Assembly (NCBI RefSeq): GCF_963676685.1
Contig: NC_092352.1
Location: forward strand, 13,330,001 to 13,394,000
Length of the DNA stretch: 64,000 nucleotides
Direction of reading: 5' to 3'
DNA from: Mytilus edulis
Lineage: Eukaryota
The notes beneath the pieces are model-generated. The model did no database searches. It was not told the origin of the DNA and saw nothing but the letters and a program-made list of their open reading frames with translations. The position numbers and the translations under genes are program-made. This document shows, in pieces, positions 1 to 14,215 of this stretch. Position 1 is the first letter of the stretch, and each line of letters opens with the position of its first letter.

Positions 1-115
1 TCAAGTTCCAATCATGTAAGGGAAACTCAAGTTACAATCATGTAAGGGAAACTCAAGTTCCAATCATGTAAGGGAAACTCAAGTTACAATCTATAAGGGA
101 AACTCAAGTTACAAT
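1..115. repeat. 26-bp tandem repeat, about 4.5 copies, truncated by the window edge
   Basis: Unit TCAAGTT(C/A)CAATCATGTAAGGGAAAC is visible directly. Confidence 0.9.
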
Positions 116-488
116 CAGAGAAGACAAATTATAAAACTTCGAGAGAATACTAACCAAAAGACATAGATAGAACAGCCCAAACTGTCCAGAGTCATCTTTA
201 GAACAATTTCAAAATTTTAAACATGGAAATTTACAGAAAAAATGTATCATTTAAATCATATTAAGCATGTTAAGCAAGCAATAACCAACTCGCAATAACC
301 ATCAGTTAGTCTTCCTCCATATATGAAAATCAAGTATTTTGTGTATTAAGGCTCCCATAGTTAGCAGTAAGTTACAGGTAATTTCATATTATCAGAGAGT
401 AGTGGGTTTGAGGGAAGAACTTTCCTGTTGGTATATGGAAAAAGACCCATAACTAATAACAAACCTTTATCTTATCAACTTGATTAAC

Positions 489-3400
489 CTCTGCATAATT
501 GTCTAGAAGTACTTTGACTATGTTAGCATATCCATGTCTAGCAGCAAGTATCAGACCTGTACAGGAATCTTCATCTCTGCAATTATAATACAAAATATGC
601 TAATAACTTTCAGGTAAATCAAAATATGAAATCATTTTTGTTTTACTAGTAAAAATATATCTGCTTCAGAGTTAAATAAAACATGGAAAAATTAAGATAA
701 CAATTAAGACTGCTCAAGAGGGCACTTTTTATTCCTCCTAATATACTAAACATTCTAGTTGGTAAGTTCTATGGTCATATGTTTAATAACCCATAATATC
801 TGTCTAAAAAGTTTGTGCTTATCAGTATAAAATTATTAATAGAAAGACCATTCACTAAAAGATTTTCTTATTTGCTACTAACCAATCAGATTTTTTTTAT
901 CAGTAAAATGTGGCTATTCTTCTACATTTTTGTCTTGACAAACTGTTATGCAAAGTATGATAAAATGTTATAGTAGATAAATAACTCCACTAGAATTACA
1001 AATTTAAAGAAATATGGAGAACAGTTTTAAAGAAGACCATTTTCTTCAGTCAAATGTTTAATTCAATAGATGATGAATTATTACCTCCTTGCCACATCCA
1101 TTCCTTACACCGCAAAACCCATACTTTTTTGATATGACAACAATATTTGGCAAAACTTAAAGAGCTGAGTATCACCATACCTTGCAGAGATGTCAGCACC
1201 CAAAGTAAGGAGTGTCTTAACTGATTTATAGTGTCCTGTTTGACAAGCTAACATCAGTGGGGTCCTTCCATCATCATCACCATCATTCAACTCTGTCTGA
1301 CTGGCATTATACAGAATCTCTATAGCATTATTATTATCATTCCTGGTAATATATAAGACATATGGTTAAAGCAAGTGTGATAACACTGAATTTCTTGCAA
1401 TCTTGATTATAAATGATGGGTAAAAGTATTGCTACATTTTCTCACAAAGAACTTGCTATTGATGAATGAATCATTAAATAATGTTGTAGTCAGGTGACCA
1501 ATATCATATTAAGATACAAACATTATAATGATATGTTGACAGTAATCTCATTGACAATCAAACCACAATGTAAATCTTATAACTTTTATATAGGTACTTT
1601 GAAGACTTGCTATATATTTTTTGTTGTAGAATAGTTACTGGAATGTTTATTTAAGAATTTTTAACATGCTATGAAATAGAATTATCTCCCATGTCATAAT
1701 TTACAGCAGTCTCAAATTGGGTTATCTCCCTTATCCTGACTATTTATCTCCCATGTCACAATTTTCTTTAATCTCAAATAGAGGTATCTTCCATATCACA
1801 ATTTTCTATAAATTTTCTATAATCTCAAACAAAGTTATCTCCCATGTCACTATTTTCTATAATCTCAAATAGAGTTATCTCCCATGTCACAATTTTCTAT
1901 AATCTTGAATAGAGTTATTTCCCATATCACAATATTCTATATTTTTTTCTACATCTCAAATAGAGTTATCTCCCATGTCACAATTTTCTATAATCTCGAA
2001 TAGAGTTATCTCCCATGTCACAATTTTCTTTTCTCACAAATAGAGTTATCTCTCATGTCACAATTTTGTGTTTTCACAAATAGAGTTATCTCCCATGTCA
2101 CAATTTTCTATAAATTTTCTATTATCACAAATAGAGTTATCTTCCATGTCACAATTTTGTGTTTTCACAAATACAGTTATCTCCAACATCACAATTTTAT
2201 AATCACAAATAGAGTTCCCAATTTTCTGTTTTCACAAATAGAGTTATTTCCCATGGCACAATCTTCTGCAGTTCAAATACAGAGTTTTCTCTCATTTCAC
2301 ACAATTTCCAGGGTTTTTTATTAATGTAACTGGGTGAAAATTGTAATAATAAATCTAGCATTTTTTGACATTTTCCAAAATGTAAATTGCTGCTTCAATC
2401 TCAGAAATACAAATAGTAAACTTACTCAGCTGCAATGTGGAGTGGTGTTTTCCCATTAATATCTCTACTGTCTACAATTAGGTTGTGTTTAATCAATGTG
2501 TTCAGAATCTGTAAAATCAAAAAACTTAAAGGAGATTTTCATCATGAAAAGCAAACCTGATGGATTCGCCTAAAGTGAAAACTATGATTTCAGTAAAACT
2601 ATCATTTCATTTTAAGCTAGAATCATTATAAATGAATCATAATAGTGAATTTTACATATTGTCAGTTACAAAAAAATTGGCAATATCTGAACCTATTAAA
2701 TTCGATATTTGATTTTAGTTATTACCATGACCCAAGCACGTTTCCACGAAGACTATACCACATTTATCCCATGTTTATACCATGCTGTTAAAGACCATAG
2801 TAGGATTTTTAGTACACCAATGCCGTCCTGATCAAGCTGTTCTTACGTTCATACTATGATCATCAAGCTTATTGTCATTGTCATATAAAATTTGGAGAGC
2901 TTTTGTTTTGTCCGTAAGTAATTTGGACCCCTTGTCCTTCATCGCCAATGGCTCAATCATTCTTAACACATCTGTGTCATCCCTACTATTGCTCCCTAAA
3001 GCATCAACGTTTGATATTGATGGACCAGCAATAAGTTGTGATTCCGGTTGGATTGTTCGGTACGACATATATCTTCTGGACCAAGATTGGTTACTCTCAG
3101 ATATCCCTCTGCCTCTACCCTTATCCTTACGTAGATTTTGGTAGCATGACTGTGTTGTTTCTGAGAAACTCTATGTATCAATAAAAAATAGAAGGAATTA
3201 TACAGTATTTATATGGAAAAGGATTTTGACGTCATTGCTGGGAGCGTGGTAAGATCGCGGTATGAACTTGTTATGATGGTAGTATGGTCGAGGTAAGAGC
3301 GTGTTTTAATCACAGTCCAAGCTTGGAAAGATCGTGTTGCAATCGGATAAATTGTGGTATGGTCATAGTGAGGATATGATGAGAGTAGAAAGATCGTGAT

Positions 3401-6400
3401 AATCGCAGTGTGGTAGCAGAATAAGAACGTGGTATAATTGTAGTGGGATCTTTGTAGAAGCCAAATGAGGACATAGTAGAAACGTGACTGAAACGAAAAT
3501 TTTATTTTTCATGCCACTTATACTGCTAGCTCTCCTGATCTGAATTTATTTTAGATCGCGGGAGCGTGGTGCCATCTTGGTCTAGTGAGACTGGGGCTTA
3601 ACCTGTATTCTCCCTTTTTTGTAGCATCTTAAATGAGGCTAGCCATAGAGAGGCTACTAATTCAAACATAGTATATTTACCATTGTATTGCCATTCTTGG
3701 CTGCATAATGTAAAATGGTCTGATCATTCAGGTCAATGGCTTCTATCAAATTAAAACAACCTTTCTGCAATTAGAATTAGAACATAACTAAATAAAATGC
3801 CTTAAATGCAAAAAAATATTAGCATGACTGAATCCTAAAGTATTTTGAAAAGTGAGGATGTTGCATTGTTTTTAAAAAGGACTTATGTACATAAAAATGA
3901 AACAGCTATTGTGAAATGATTAATGTTGGGTTTTTTAAATCAAAAACAAAATATTTGTATTCTTTCTGGTTAAAATAAAAAATAAATTAAAATTACCTAT
4001 TAAAAAAAAAACATATGTCTATATGACACCTAGCCCTAAGCAATATGACATTTCTATCTCAATTAAACAGAGAAATCTGGGTCAAAACCCGAATTTGGCA
4101 TATCTTAAACAGAGAAATCTCGGTCAAAACCCTAATTTGGCATATCTTAAACATAAGGAACTAAGTTTCAAGTTGATAAGCTACAAAATGACAAATGCAT
4201 CAAGTTGTTGTGAGCACAAACTACCATAAACCAAAACTTGAACCTGATACAAGATAGAAAGAAGGAGGAACAGACTAACAGACAGACAGATACACAGAAA
4301 ACATAATTCCCACCTAGTAATGTCCAGGTTCGAGGGGTTGTAAAAACATGAATAATTCCATTATTAAATTCATACTGCCTTTGGCCATCTATAAATCATT
4401 TTACCTCTTTCAGCAAAGTTTCTATAACTGGTAGATGTCCAGATTCTACAGCTAGATGCAAAACAGTTTTATTATTTATTTCTGTCTCAGCTATTTGTGC
4501 TCCACTTGATATTAACAGCTGTATGGTCTCAAGGTGTCCTTTACTGCTGGCCATTAACAATGGTGTATACTGGTCAATAGCTGTACTGTTTATGTCAGCT
4601 CCCTGCAAAACAAGGACCAATGTTTAATATCAGTGTTTAAAGTACATGGACACTTGTATAGGAATATATTCAGTATAAATTGTGTTTGGTCACATCTCAA
4701 TATTGTTTGTCCTTCGGAATTAAAGTTTGCTTTTGGTTGTGACAGACCTCTGATAGTTGCTGTCATATTTGTTTACCACTTTTGTAGACATAGAGCTGTT
4801 TTGAGCTTGTCATATTATATTTGTTGAAGACCTGATCAACCAACCCGGAATGGTATTTGGTTTATTTGTGTCACCAGGTTGTTGTCTCATTGGTATATAC
4901 ATTTACCCTACTATTCCTTCTAAAACCACAATTAAAATTATGATCTGTATCAGCATATTTGATTTGAAAACTAAAATTTGCATATTTCTTATTTTGTCTC
5001 CAATTTTTTTCTAAACATATTTATATAGCTCAGTCAAGTAAATAAGGAAAACTTAACAATTAAAGATAAAAGTCCCAAAACTATCACACAAAAAAAAATA
5101 ATTTAATAAATTACCTGTCCCATAAGAACACTGATGATTTTATGTCTGTTATGTAAAGCAGCCCTACAAAATAACAGTGAAACATAAGAAGGCATGGTAC
5201 GATTGCCAATGAAACATCAGAGACTAAATGACTTAGAAGTTTGCAACTATAAGTTACTGTACTGCCATTTGCAAAACCCAAGAACCAGATATGACAAAAT
5301 TAAAAATGTGATAACAATACAGTAAACTTCAAAATAAAAAAGATGTTATGAAGATAATGAAGATTTATGAGTGATTCTTCACTGACTTTTGTTAATCACA
5401 GATCTTGTGTTATCAAACTATAGTTTTGGTGGTGAACTGCTAACAATTCTACTGTACTCTTCATGCTTTTTCATTAAAAGAACAAATTAACATCAAAGTA
5501 CCATAGATGCTGCGAGCCAGCCAATCGGATTATCAGAAAATGCAGCAAACAAACACCTGAATTATAATACTAAATTTTGCACTTACGAAAGTGTTATTCA
5601 AACCAGTTGTTATATGGATTATTGAGTGGGGTTGACAAATTATTCATAGTTTCTATTGAAGTCATTTAAAATTTCCCTAGGTACTTGAATATTCAGTGCA
5701 AGACATAATGCAAAGACTTGTCTTTTGTGTAAAACCGAATGCTGACCCCTAAATCATTTTTGATTCTGTCATTGGGCTGCTGTCTCATTGATGTGTTGTA
5801 AATTCAGAAATCAATTATGAATCACTGATTGCTGGTACAAATGTCAGATTTAATTAATGCAATTGCAAAAATTTGTAAAGAAAAATCACTACTGAAATGA
5901 TGAATATGAGTTTTTATGATTACAAACAAATACTGTTGTATATTTTGCATTGATAAAAAAACATTGCAATAATTTCTGAAATATACCTATGACAAGGAGT
6001 CATCAAGTCTTTGTCTAAAACATTAACATCAGCTTTATATCTGAGCAACAATTCCACCATCTGTATATCACCATTATTGGCAGCTATAGATAGAGGAGTT
6101 TGGTTACAGTTCTGAAAAATAAAATTAAAAAATTAAAAAATATACCAGTTTTGTACTATAGATAACTCAAACTACTGTAAAAGTAAAAAATGAAGACATT
6201 TCTTTTTTTTAAATAATTTAGTAAACTTTATTCACTTTAAAAAAAACTTACATTCTTCAGCTTGCTTCTTTTAACCTGCCTCCTGAGATACATATGTGTA
6301 CTGTTAACAAACTTTTTTAGATACTGCTAAATTTTTTAAAACTGCTTATTTTTACAAAAGGACTTTGTCTTTAAAATGTTAAAATATAACAACTTACATT

Positions 6401-9400
6401 CATACCATTTACATTTGAACCTCTCTCCAAGAGACTCTGTGCAACCTATTACAAAAAAATAAAGAATCTCATTATTCAAATATACAATATATTTGTCCCA
6501 GTCAACCAATCATTATCCAAATGAACACTATATTCATCCTAATCAACCAATCATTATCCAAATGAACACTGTATTCATTCTAGTGGAAGAAGCATTATCC
6601 AAATGAACGCTATATTTGTCCTTCGGACTCAACCAACCATTTTTTAAATATGAACATTATCTCCATACTGGTCAACCAATTATTTTCTAAATGAACAATA
6701 TATACATCTTAGTCAAAATCCGTTTCATAAAATTCCACCCCTGCAACATTCTATATGAGCCTTTCCCAAGTCACCTGTATTCAGTGGTTTGTTGTTGTAT
6801 ATCATATTTGTTTTTTATTGTTTTGAACATAAATCAGACTGTAACTTTCTCATTTCGATTATCCACATTTGAAATTTTGAGGTGTTTTATAGCTTACTAA
6901 GCAGTATGGGCTGTGCTCAAATTTGAAGGCTGTATAATGACCTATTGTTGTTAACTTCTTCATCATTTGGTCTATTGTGGAGAGTAATGTTTAATTGCCA
7001 ATTATGTCACATCTTTTTATTTATTATTGATCAATATAAATGATCATAAATTATCATGTGGAAGTTGGTATAATTTTATAACTCAAATGTTTTTAGAGGA
7101 TTTTAGTGACATTAAACCTACCTGTAGTTTGTTATTGGTAACAGCTAGATGAAGAGCAGTATTCCCTTCTTTATCCTCATGATGTAGTAAGTTCTCCTCT
7201 GACTCTGTTCCTCCTTGCCGCAAAGCTGAAATTACATATTAGAAATAAAGGTATGTTTTTTTTTCTATTGTGTTTTAGGGGAAATATTTCCTTTGTAGCA
7301 GATACAGTGCAATTTAACCTAAAGCGCATGGAGCTTTATCAACTAGACAAAAATTCAAAAACTCTTATTCACTACCAAAAGTACAATATCAAATTATGTT
7401 AAAAATGGACCAGGAGAGAAGCGTTTTCAACACAAACAATTAGAGCAGGAATAACTATTACATGTAACTGCTTACCTGTCTTTAGATAATAAGACATTGT
7501 ATCCTTCATGTCTTCTGCTGCTGATAGGAAGAAGGGTGTGAAGTCATTTATGTCTGTAGCAAATATGTTAGCTCCATTCTGCACCTGTAATTTTATATTA
7601 TAGAGACTTTAACATAATTACTCATTAGAGAATTTTGTTTAGGCCTAACAAAGGGAAAATACTACATAATATCTGATCATGTTTCACATTAAGGATGTTT
7701 CAACACATATTATATAAAATCCCTAACATGCACAAGTGTAGACATAATAACACTTACCAAAAACTGCACTGTTTTTTCTTGTTTATGTGCTGTTGCTTCA
7801 TGTAAGGCAGTTTGTCTGTCCTCATCTACAGCATTAACATCACATTGATCAAAGTCCAGCAACACCTTAAATTACAGACAATATATTCACTTTAAGATCT
7901 CAGGTGACCAAACACACTTTGACAGAAATAAATTGGATATTTCATATCAATGGTTCAGAAGAGTGATGTTCAAGTTAAATGAAATATTTAAAATAAAAAA
8001 ATTACAGGTTTAGGATATACATGAAGTTTTGTTGTAGACTGTTTTGATTGAAAATTAAACTAATTAGGAAAAAAAAACATGATCAAAATTACTAAATTAT
8101 ATAAGAAGATATTTGGGTTTCACCAGTATTGCCAAGTTTCACGAAGAAAATTTATGAGATTTGGCCAAAACAGTAAAGATTAAAGAGAAAAACAGTAGAT
8201 AAATAAACATGAAAATGTGTGAGTCTCAAACTATTAACTATTTGCCAGAGACTTAGCATAAATAAGACAATAACCCAAAAACAAAACAAAACTAAAAGAG
8301 GTATCAGTATTTGATTTTCTATTATGAAGTCTGACCTTTATAACAGGAATATTACCACGTCGAGCTGCCACATGAAGAGGAGTTTTCTGTTTAGCTTCTC
8401 TAACATCCACACTGGCGCCTTGCTGTATCAACATTTTAACAGCCTCCACACAATTATTCCTGGCAGCCAGATGAAGTGGAGCAACACCATAAGGTCCTTT
8501 AACATTCTTGTCTACAATAAAATATCTCATTAGGTGTATGATGAATACAAATTTAACTTTTACAATAGGTAAAACAAAAAGATTATCTAAATAGATTTTT
8601 TACAAATATCTCTAAAAAAAAAAAGGAAGTATAGAAATGCATAAAATGTGGCTAATAAATGTCCTGTGTAGATGATCTAAACATCTCAACTTTGTACCTA
8701 TGTATAAAATTGTATTGTAAGATTTTTTTACTGAACATAAAACAGCATCTTCTGCAAAATTCTAAATGTTCGATGAGAAAATAAGCATTGCTGAAGACTG
8801 TGGTTGTCGTTTTTTGCTGTATACCATGTTTGTATTTTATTCCTTTTTTTTATAAAGTCAGGCCACTTCTTTCCTGGTTTGAATGGCCTTTTGTAGCTGA
8901 CTGTGCGATATGGGTTTTGTTTATTGTTGAAAGCAGTTCAGTGACCTGTAGTTGTTAATTTCTATGATATTTGGTCTTTGGTGGAGAGTTTTCTCATTGG
9001 CAATTATACCACTTCTTCATATTTTTATGCCCTGTCCTCTAAAGGTCTTGTGCTTATTGTGTGTTATTAGGTTGCTATACCCCACTCATGGGCCCACATT
9101 AATTAGTTAAATTTTTTTCCTGAGGTTTTTTCCTATAACTTTATGACATCCTTTACCAACCAATATGCTCAACATCATAGTCAGTATAAGTGCATTTTTT
9201 CTTGTCAATTCTGTAAGTATTTTGTTGTAGACAATCAATTATTGACTCCATTGAGGTTAATGTACTAATACACTGAAGCACTTGATTTGTTTACATTTAG
9301 TCAAGATTTTTATTTGAGCATACTTCTGAATATTTATATCTCACACTGTCCTGCAAATCACTTAGCTTATGTAAACACATTAATACCTGCATTGTATTTA

Positions 9401-10954
9401 AGAAGAACTTCAATAATCTTTGATTGATTTAATCGTGAGGCATAATGTATAGGTTTAAAACCATGACTATCTGTTTCTGTTGCCTTTTCTGGGTTTTCCT
9501 GCAGCAAACTTTCTAGTTCTTTCGTTAAGCCTTCTTTCACAGCCTGCATCAATAAATCAACTAGCTAAGATCCAATTTATATAATGCTGGATAATTAAAA
9601 CCTAAATCACCTATTTTTCTCCTTAATTTTTTTAATTGATAAATATATGATAAAACAAATGATTTTTTAAACAAGTTCACTTTGGACTATTTATAAAAGT
9701 AAAGTGTAATTGGCATTTTAAAATGATTATGAAGACAGATTTATAATTTGTTGCATTATTTTCCAATAATTTGAAAGGACATGTTAGGAAAATTTCAAGC
9801 TCTTTAAATGTTTACCAACTAATGGAAGTTTTTAACGAACTTGACTGGCTATACAGCCCTTGCACGGTCAGCTAAATGTTTAATGTATTTTTCATGAGGT
9901 GATCTGTAAGCCAAGTTAGTTGAAAGGCAAAATTTAACATTTTCCATATAATATTCATTAATCACTATTCTGTAAACAAGTTCTCGTCATAAATATACTG
10001 GTTTTGATAGGGATGCAATTAATCAATATTTGGTTTGTTTAAACTAACAGAACAATTAATGAGCTAACATTGGTAAATGTACAATTTTTATCAATTTTTA
10101 TAGTCTGATTTTTTTTTACCATTACAAAGTAATTTTACTAACCTGGCTTACTGTAACCTTTTTAACTACTTGTCTTTGACCTCCAACCTTTAATCTGTGT
10201 TTATCAAGAGCTGGTGCTACAGCTGCTATGCCTTGTACTTTAGACCATTCTGCACCATGATGTGAACTTTCAGAAAACTCAGCATCTCCATTCTTCTGTG
10301 AATCATTTTCTCCTCCTTTCAATGGAGCAGGATGCACAGCAGAAATTGTATGAGCTTTGGACCAATGATGATTTGTTGGTTTATGAGATTTCATGTCCTT
10401 TAACGGAGTGTTGGTTGGGGAAGGATTTTCATTGGCAAGGACCATGGGTACCTCTGACACTGTTGTCTGTTTTGGTGACTCTGTTTCTGTAACATTACTT
10501 TCTGTTTCATATTCATTATAAGTGTGGTCCATTTCTATTTCAGTTCTGCAACATAAAATAAATAAATCAATTCAAATCTTTTTACAGAATTTTTTATAAA
10601 GTGCCTTTCATTGTCTTATTGTATGTAGGTCAACAAAAACAATGTTCTGCACACAAACATATTGAATTTGCCAATATTATACCTTCTTTAAATAGAAAAT
10701 AAAAAATGCAATTAACTATTTCATCAGCAATTAGTTATTTTATTGAATATGAATGTCTTTGAACAAATTAGATGTAAAATAAACACAAACTTTGTTTGCA
10801 GTGTTCTAGTTGGTGTAGGATTTGTAGTAACCATGGGTACCTCTGATTCTGTTGTAAGTTGATGTAATTGTGGTTTTGAATCATTTTTTTCCATAACATC
10901 ACTTTTTGTTTCTTTTCTTGAGTTATTAATGACATCATTATTACTGTACTCCAT
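489..10954 (-). CDS. Multi-exon ankyrin-repeat protein, N-terminal part (693 codons, about 15 ANK repeats); probably a TRPA1-like channel; 3' end lies outside the window
   Basis: GT-AG exons join in phase: 10954-10791, 10545-10143, 9564-9387, 8511-8336, 7865-7758, 7584-7476, 7225-7122, 6445-6398, 6111-5987, 5163-5115, 4602-4405, 3764-3681, 2508-2426, 1342-1181, 576-489. Repeated TPLHxAA-type motifs include APLHLAA, TPLHVAA, TALHLAV, TPLLMAS, TILHYAA, TPLHIAA and TPLMLAC. The TRPA1 call is inferred from repeat number and layout; no transmembrane region is in view. Confidence 0.85.
1675..2310. repeat. About 40-bp intronic minisatellite, roughly 15 copies
   Basis: Unit AAATAGAGTTATCTCCCATGTCACAATTTTCTATAATCTC. 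It accounts for the spurious ORF 2055..2324. Confidence 0.9.
2720..3598 (-). mobile_element. Probable truncated non-autonomous PIF/Harbinger-like element
   Basis: Right terminus ...GTCTAGTGAGACTGGGGC followed by TTA. Subterminal GCGTGGT/GATCGCG repeats. A degenerate coding remnant (MLPKST*G*GRGRG...) on the minus strand. The left terminus was not found. Confidence 0.45.
6501..6720. repeat. About 41-bp degenerate tandem repeat, roughly 5 copies
   Basis: TCAACCAATCATTATCCAAATGAACACTATATTC recurs. Confidence 0.75.
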
Positions 10955-12283
10955 TTTATTCTACTTCAGTTCTGTAACACAAATATATTTAACATTGTAC
11001 ATGTATAACTTTTTAAACATAAGCTAGCTTTACTTTTTTGTGTTTTGGCCCACAGACTGCCTTAGATGGGGCCGCTCCAGTCATGCTTCACTGATTCCCA
11101 AAATAATCAACCAAAATTTTCCCACAAACAGAAATAATGAACGCATAGAAAAAAAACTGATGAAACCAAATTTGGTTACTGGTAATTATAAATAATTAGT
11201 TTTAATTTATACATAAAGAATGGATTTACTTTTTGATAAATATTTAATAGTGAGAAAGTTCAAGTTGTATTTATTTTAATTACACTTCATTTATCAATTA
11301 TTTTATTTTTTTATATCTCAGCATTTAAAGTTTTTATTTAGTTTTATTGGAAACACTCATCTTATCAATATTCAAACACTTCATTAAAAACCAAAATGAC
11401 TAGTTTCAAATACGGTCAGTTCAATTAAATTAAATGGAAATAAGATGTGAACATTCAGTTAAATGTTTGAACTAAAATACAATCATTGAATAACAAAATA
11501 ACAATATGAAAAGAAAACTGTTTTTTTTTCTTTTTTTTCCCTTCGGAAAATAACATCTTTTCGATTCTTTTCATTATCAAATGTATTGTCAATTTTTTGG
11601 TTCTGTTTAGCATATTGAATTTGCCATTTTAGTTTGGATCTCAAACTCATAAATCACTACATTTGTATTTTCTTAAGTTATACATATGGTAATTATGATA
11701 GTTAAGTGATTTTATTTTGAAAGCTAAGTTTTTCACTACTTTTTGTAATCAATCATAGAAGTTCTATATTGACTTTAGGATAGAAATCTTTTAAAAAAAA
11801 ATGATATATAACAAACTGCAACAGATTGATCTGGATTCCAAATTTAACACAACATCTAGCTGATAGAAAAATCCACCTGCCAAGAGGGTTAAAGTCATGC
11901 TATACAGATTAATGTTCTCTTTAAATAATTATTTTTTACTAAAATTGTACTTATAATATTTCAGGAAGAAAGCCTAGTTCTAGATTTTTGATTTCATATA
12001 CATTAAGTCAATTATTGTGATACAAAATATGTTGATGCTATCTGCTTCAGCATGACTGAGGCATTTATCCACTAAGGACCATGGGAGATGAAATTAGACA
12101 TTTCTGTATTCACATGTGATTGTAAGGACTTGAACAATGATTAAAAATCTCATCTATGATATAGATCACATGGGTCAGACTTAAACTTATCTGTCATCTC
12201 CCCAACCCCTCTCCCAGACATTGACAGTAATTTCTTACATTTACAAAAATCAATTAGAATTTGACTGAACTCGTCATATATAT

Positions 12284-13931
12284 CACAGGCAATATTTTCC
12301 AACGTGATTTTAACATTGGAATCACAAGATATACACGTTGTTCATACCCGCACTTGAGTAGAACGTGAAATGAGCAGAAATGTAATATTCAGGTTGTGAG
12401 CACAATGTGATATAAACGTTCTTCACACATGATATTCACCTTGCAGATAAAGCCACATGATATCAACATGATAATACAACGTGATAATCACTTTGAATAT
12501 AAAGCTACGTGATATAAACATGATAATACAACGTGATATTCACTTTGAATATAAAGCTATGTGATATCAACATGATAATACAACGTGATAATCACTTTGA
12601 ATATAAAGCTACGTGATATAAACATGATAATACAACGTGATATTCACTTTGAATATAAAGCTATGTGATATCAACATGATAATACAACGTGATAATCACT
12701 TTGAATATAAAGCTATGTGATATCAACATGATAATACAACGTGATATTCACTTTGAATATAAAGCTAGGTGATATAAACGTGATAATACAACGTGATATT
12801 CACTTTGAATATAAAGCTACGTGATATAAACGTGATAATACAACGTGATATTCACTTTGAATATAAAGCTAGGTGATATAAACGTGATAATACAACGTGA
12901 TATTCACTTTGAATATAAAGCTAAGTGATATAAACGTGATAATACAACGTGATATTCACTTTGAATATAAAGCTACGTGATATAAACGTGATAATACGTG
13001 ATATTCACTTTGAATATAAAGCTACTTGATATAAACGTGATAATACAACGTGATATTCACTTTGAATATAAAGCTAGGTGATATAAACGTGATAATACAA
13101 CGTGATATTCACTTTGAATATAAAGCTAGGTGATATCAACATGATAATACAACGTGATATTCACTTTGAATATAAAGCTAGGTGATATAAACATGATAAT
13201 ACAACGTGATATTCACTTTGAATATAAAGCTAGGTGATATAAACGTGATAATACAACGTGATATTCACTTTGAATATAAAGCTACATGATATAAACGTGA
13301 TAATACAACATGATATTCACTTTGAATATAAAGCTAAGTGATATAAACGTGATAATACAACGTGATATTCACTTTGAATATAAAGCTAGGTGATATAAAC
13401 GTGATAATACAACGTGATATTCACTTTGAATATAAAGCTAGGTGATATAAACGTGATAATACAATGTGATATTCACTTTGAATATAAAGCTAGGTGATAT
13501 AAACGTGATAATACAACGTGATATTCACTTTGAATATAAAGCTACATGATATAAACGTGATAATACAACGTGATATTCACTTTGAATATAAAGCTAGGTG
13601 ATATAAACGTGATAATACAATGTGATATTCACTTTGAATATAAAGCTAGGTGATATAAACGTGATAATACAACGTGATATTCACTTTGAATATAAAGCTA
13701 CATGATATAAACGTGATAATACAACGTGATATTCACTTTGAATATAAAGCTAGGTGATATAAACGTGATAATACAACGTGATATTCACTTTGAATATAAA
13801 GCTACATGATATAAACGTGATAATACAACGTGATATTCACTTTGAATATAAAGCTACATGATATAAACATGATAATGCAACGTAAAATTTATGTCAAGAA
13901 GACACATGGAACAAATGAAATATTATCTGTT
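12284..13931. repeat. 52-bp satellite array (about 27 copies, about 12457-13883) inside a MITE-like element
   Basis: Unit GTGATATAAAC-GTGATAATACAAC-GTGATATTCAC-TTTGAATATAAAGCTA(G/C). Flanked by an imperfect inverted repeat, CAGGCAATATTT ... AAATATTATCTG. Confidence 0.9.
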
Positions 13932-14061
13932 GCACTCATTGACAACATTTTGTTTCTAAGTTATCTCATTTTGAAGATGTCTTTTTTTTGGTTCTTAATT
14001 AAAGTATTGTAAAACATTTTTAAACCGTCTTTTTGATAATAATGATTATCAGCTACCTCAG

Positions 14062-14215
14062 CAGTGGCGGATTTAGAAATTTTCATAAGAGGGGGCCCAC
14101 TGACTGCCTAAGGGGCCTGATTCCGTCACGCTTCAGTGATTCCCTATATAACCAACCAATTTTTTTCTGAAAAAGGGGGGCCTGGGCCACATGCCCCCCC
14201 CTAAATCCGCCTCTG
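14062..14215. mobile_element. Short MITE
   Basis: TIR CAGTGGCGGATTTAG / CTAAATCCGCCTCTG. Confidence 0.8.

Noticed and set aside
12457-13883. Regular array that could be mistaken for CRISPR
   Set aside because: The units are contiguous with no unique spacers, there are no cas genes, and the context is eukaryotic.
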